A DNA stretch of 14,875 bases from an uncultured bacterium. GTDB taxonomy: Bacteria > CSSED10-310 > CAZUFC01. The position numbers and the translations under genes were made by a program. Positions within the stretch are counted from its first letter, which is position 1. Every line of letters starts with the position of its first letter. Positions 14,770 through 14,875 of the stretch are shown piece after piece. A model generated the notes under the pieces. It saw only the letters and a list, made by a program, of their open reading frames with translations, searched no databases and was not told where the DNA came from. The stretch covers positions 1 through 14,875 of the forward strand of contig CAZUFC010000174.1 of the NCBI GenBank assembly GCA_964619725.1, written 5' to 3'.

Positions 14770-14875
14770 TATGTTTGCCGGATAACTAGTTTTTGTCCAT
14801 AAACGGCGAATTTCCCCCAATACTGCGTCAGGCTGCGGATTTACTCAATCAACGTATAACAAATACCCCTACCTC

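Overview
Bacterial chromosomal window, mostly housekeeping and envelope genes; no rRNA, tRNA, CRISPR array, transposase or phage gene is recognisable. In order: a short inverted-repeat element; GNAT acetyltransferase and HAD phosphatase (minus); an Rcp1-like response regulator and a cytoplasmic multi-PAS histidine kinase (minus); a ~550 bp divergent intergenic region; purD-purN (plus); a hexamer tandem repeat; a secreted modular surface protein (lamin-tail domain, Pro/Thr linkers, a duplicated beta domain, Cys-rich Ig-like C-terminus); a long RelA/SpoT homologue (minus); an M50 site-2 protease (plus); a GT-C-like membrane glycosyltransferase (minus); coaD (plus). The strongest finding is that the RelA/SpoT protein keeps its hydrolase, TGS and Zn-finger motifs but has lost most synthetase catalytic residues, suggesting a hydrolase-only long RSH. 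Also notable are the surface protein architecture, several small non-coding repeats and palindromes, and an unexplained leader upstream of purD. All calls come from reading motifs by eye; no database searches were run.
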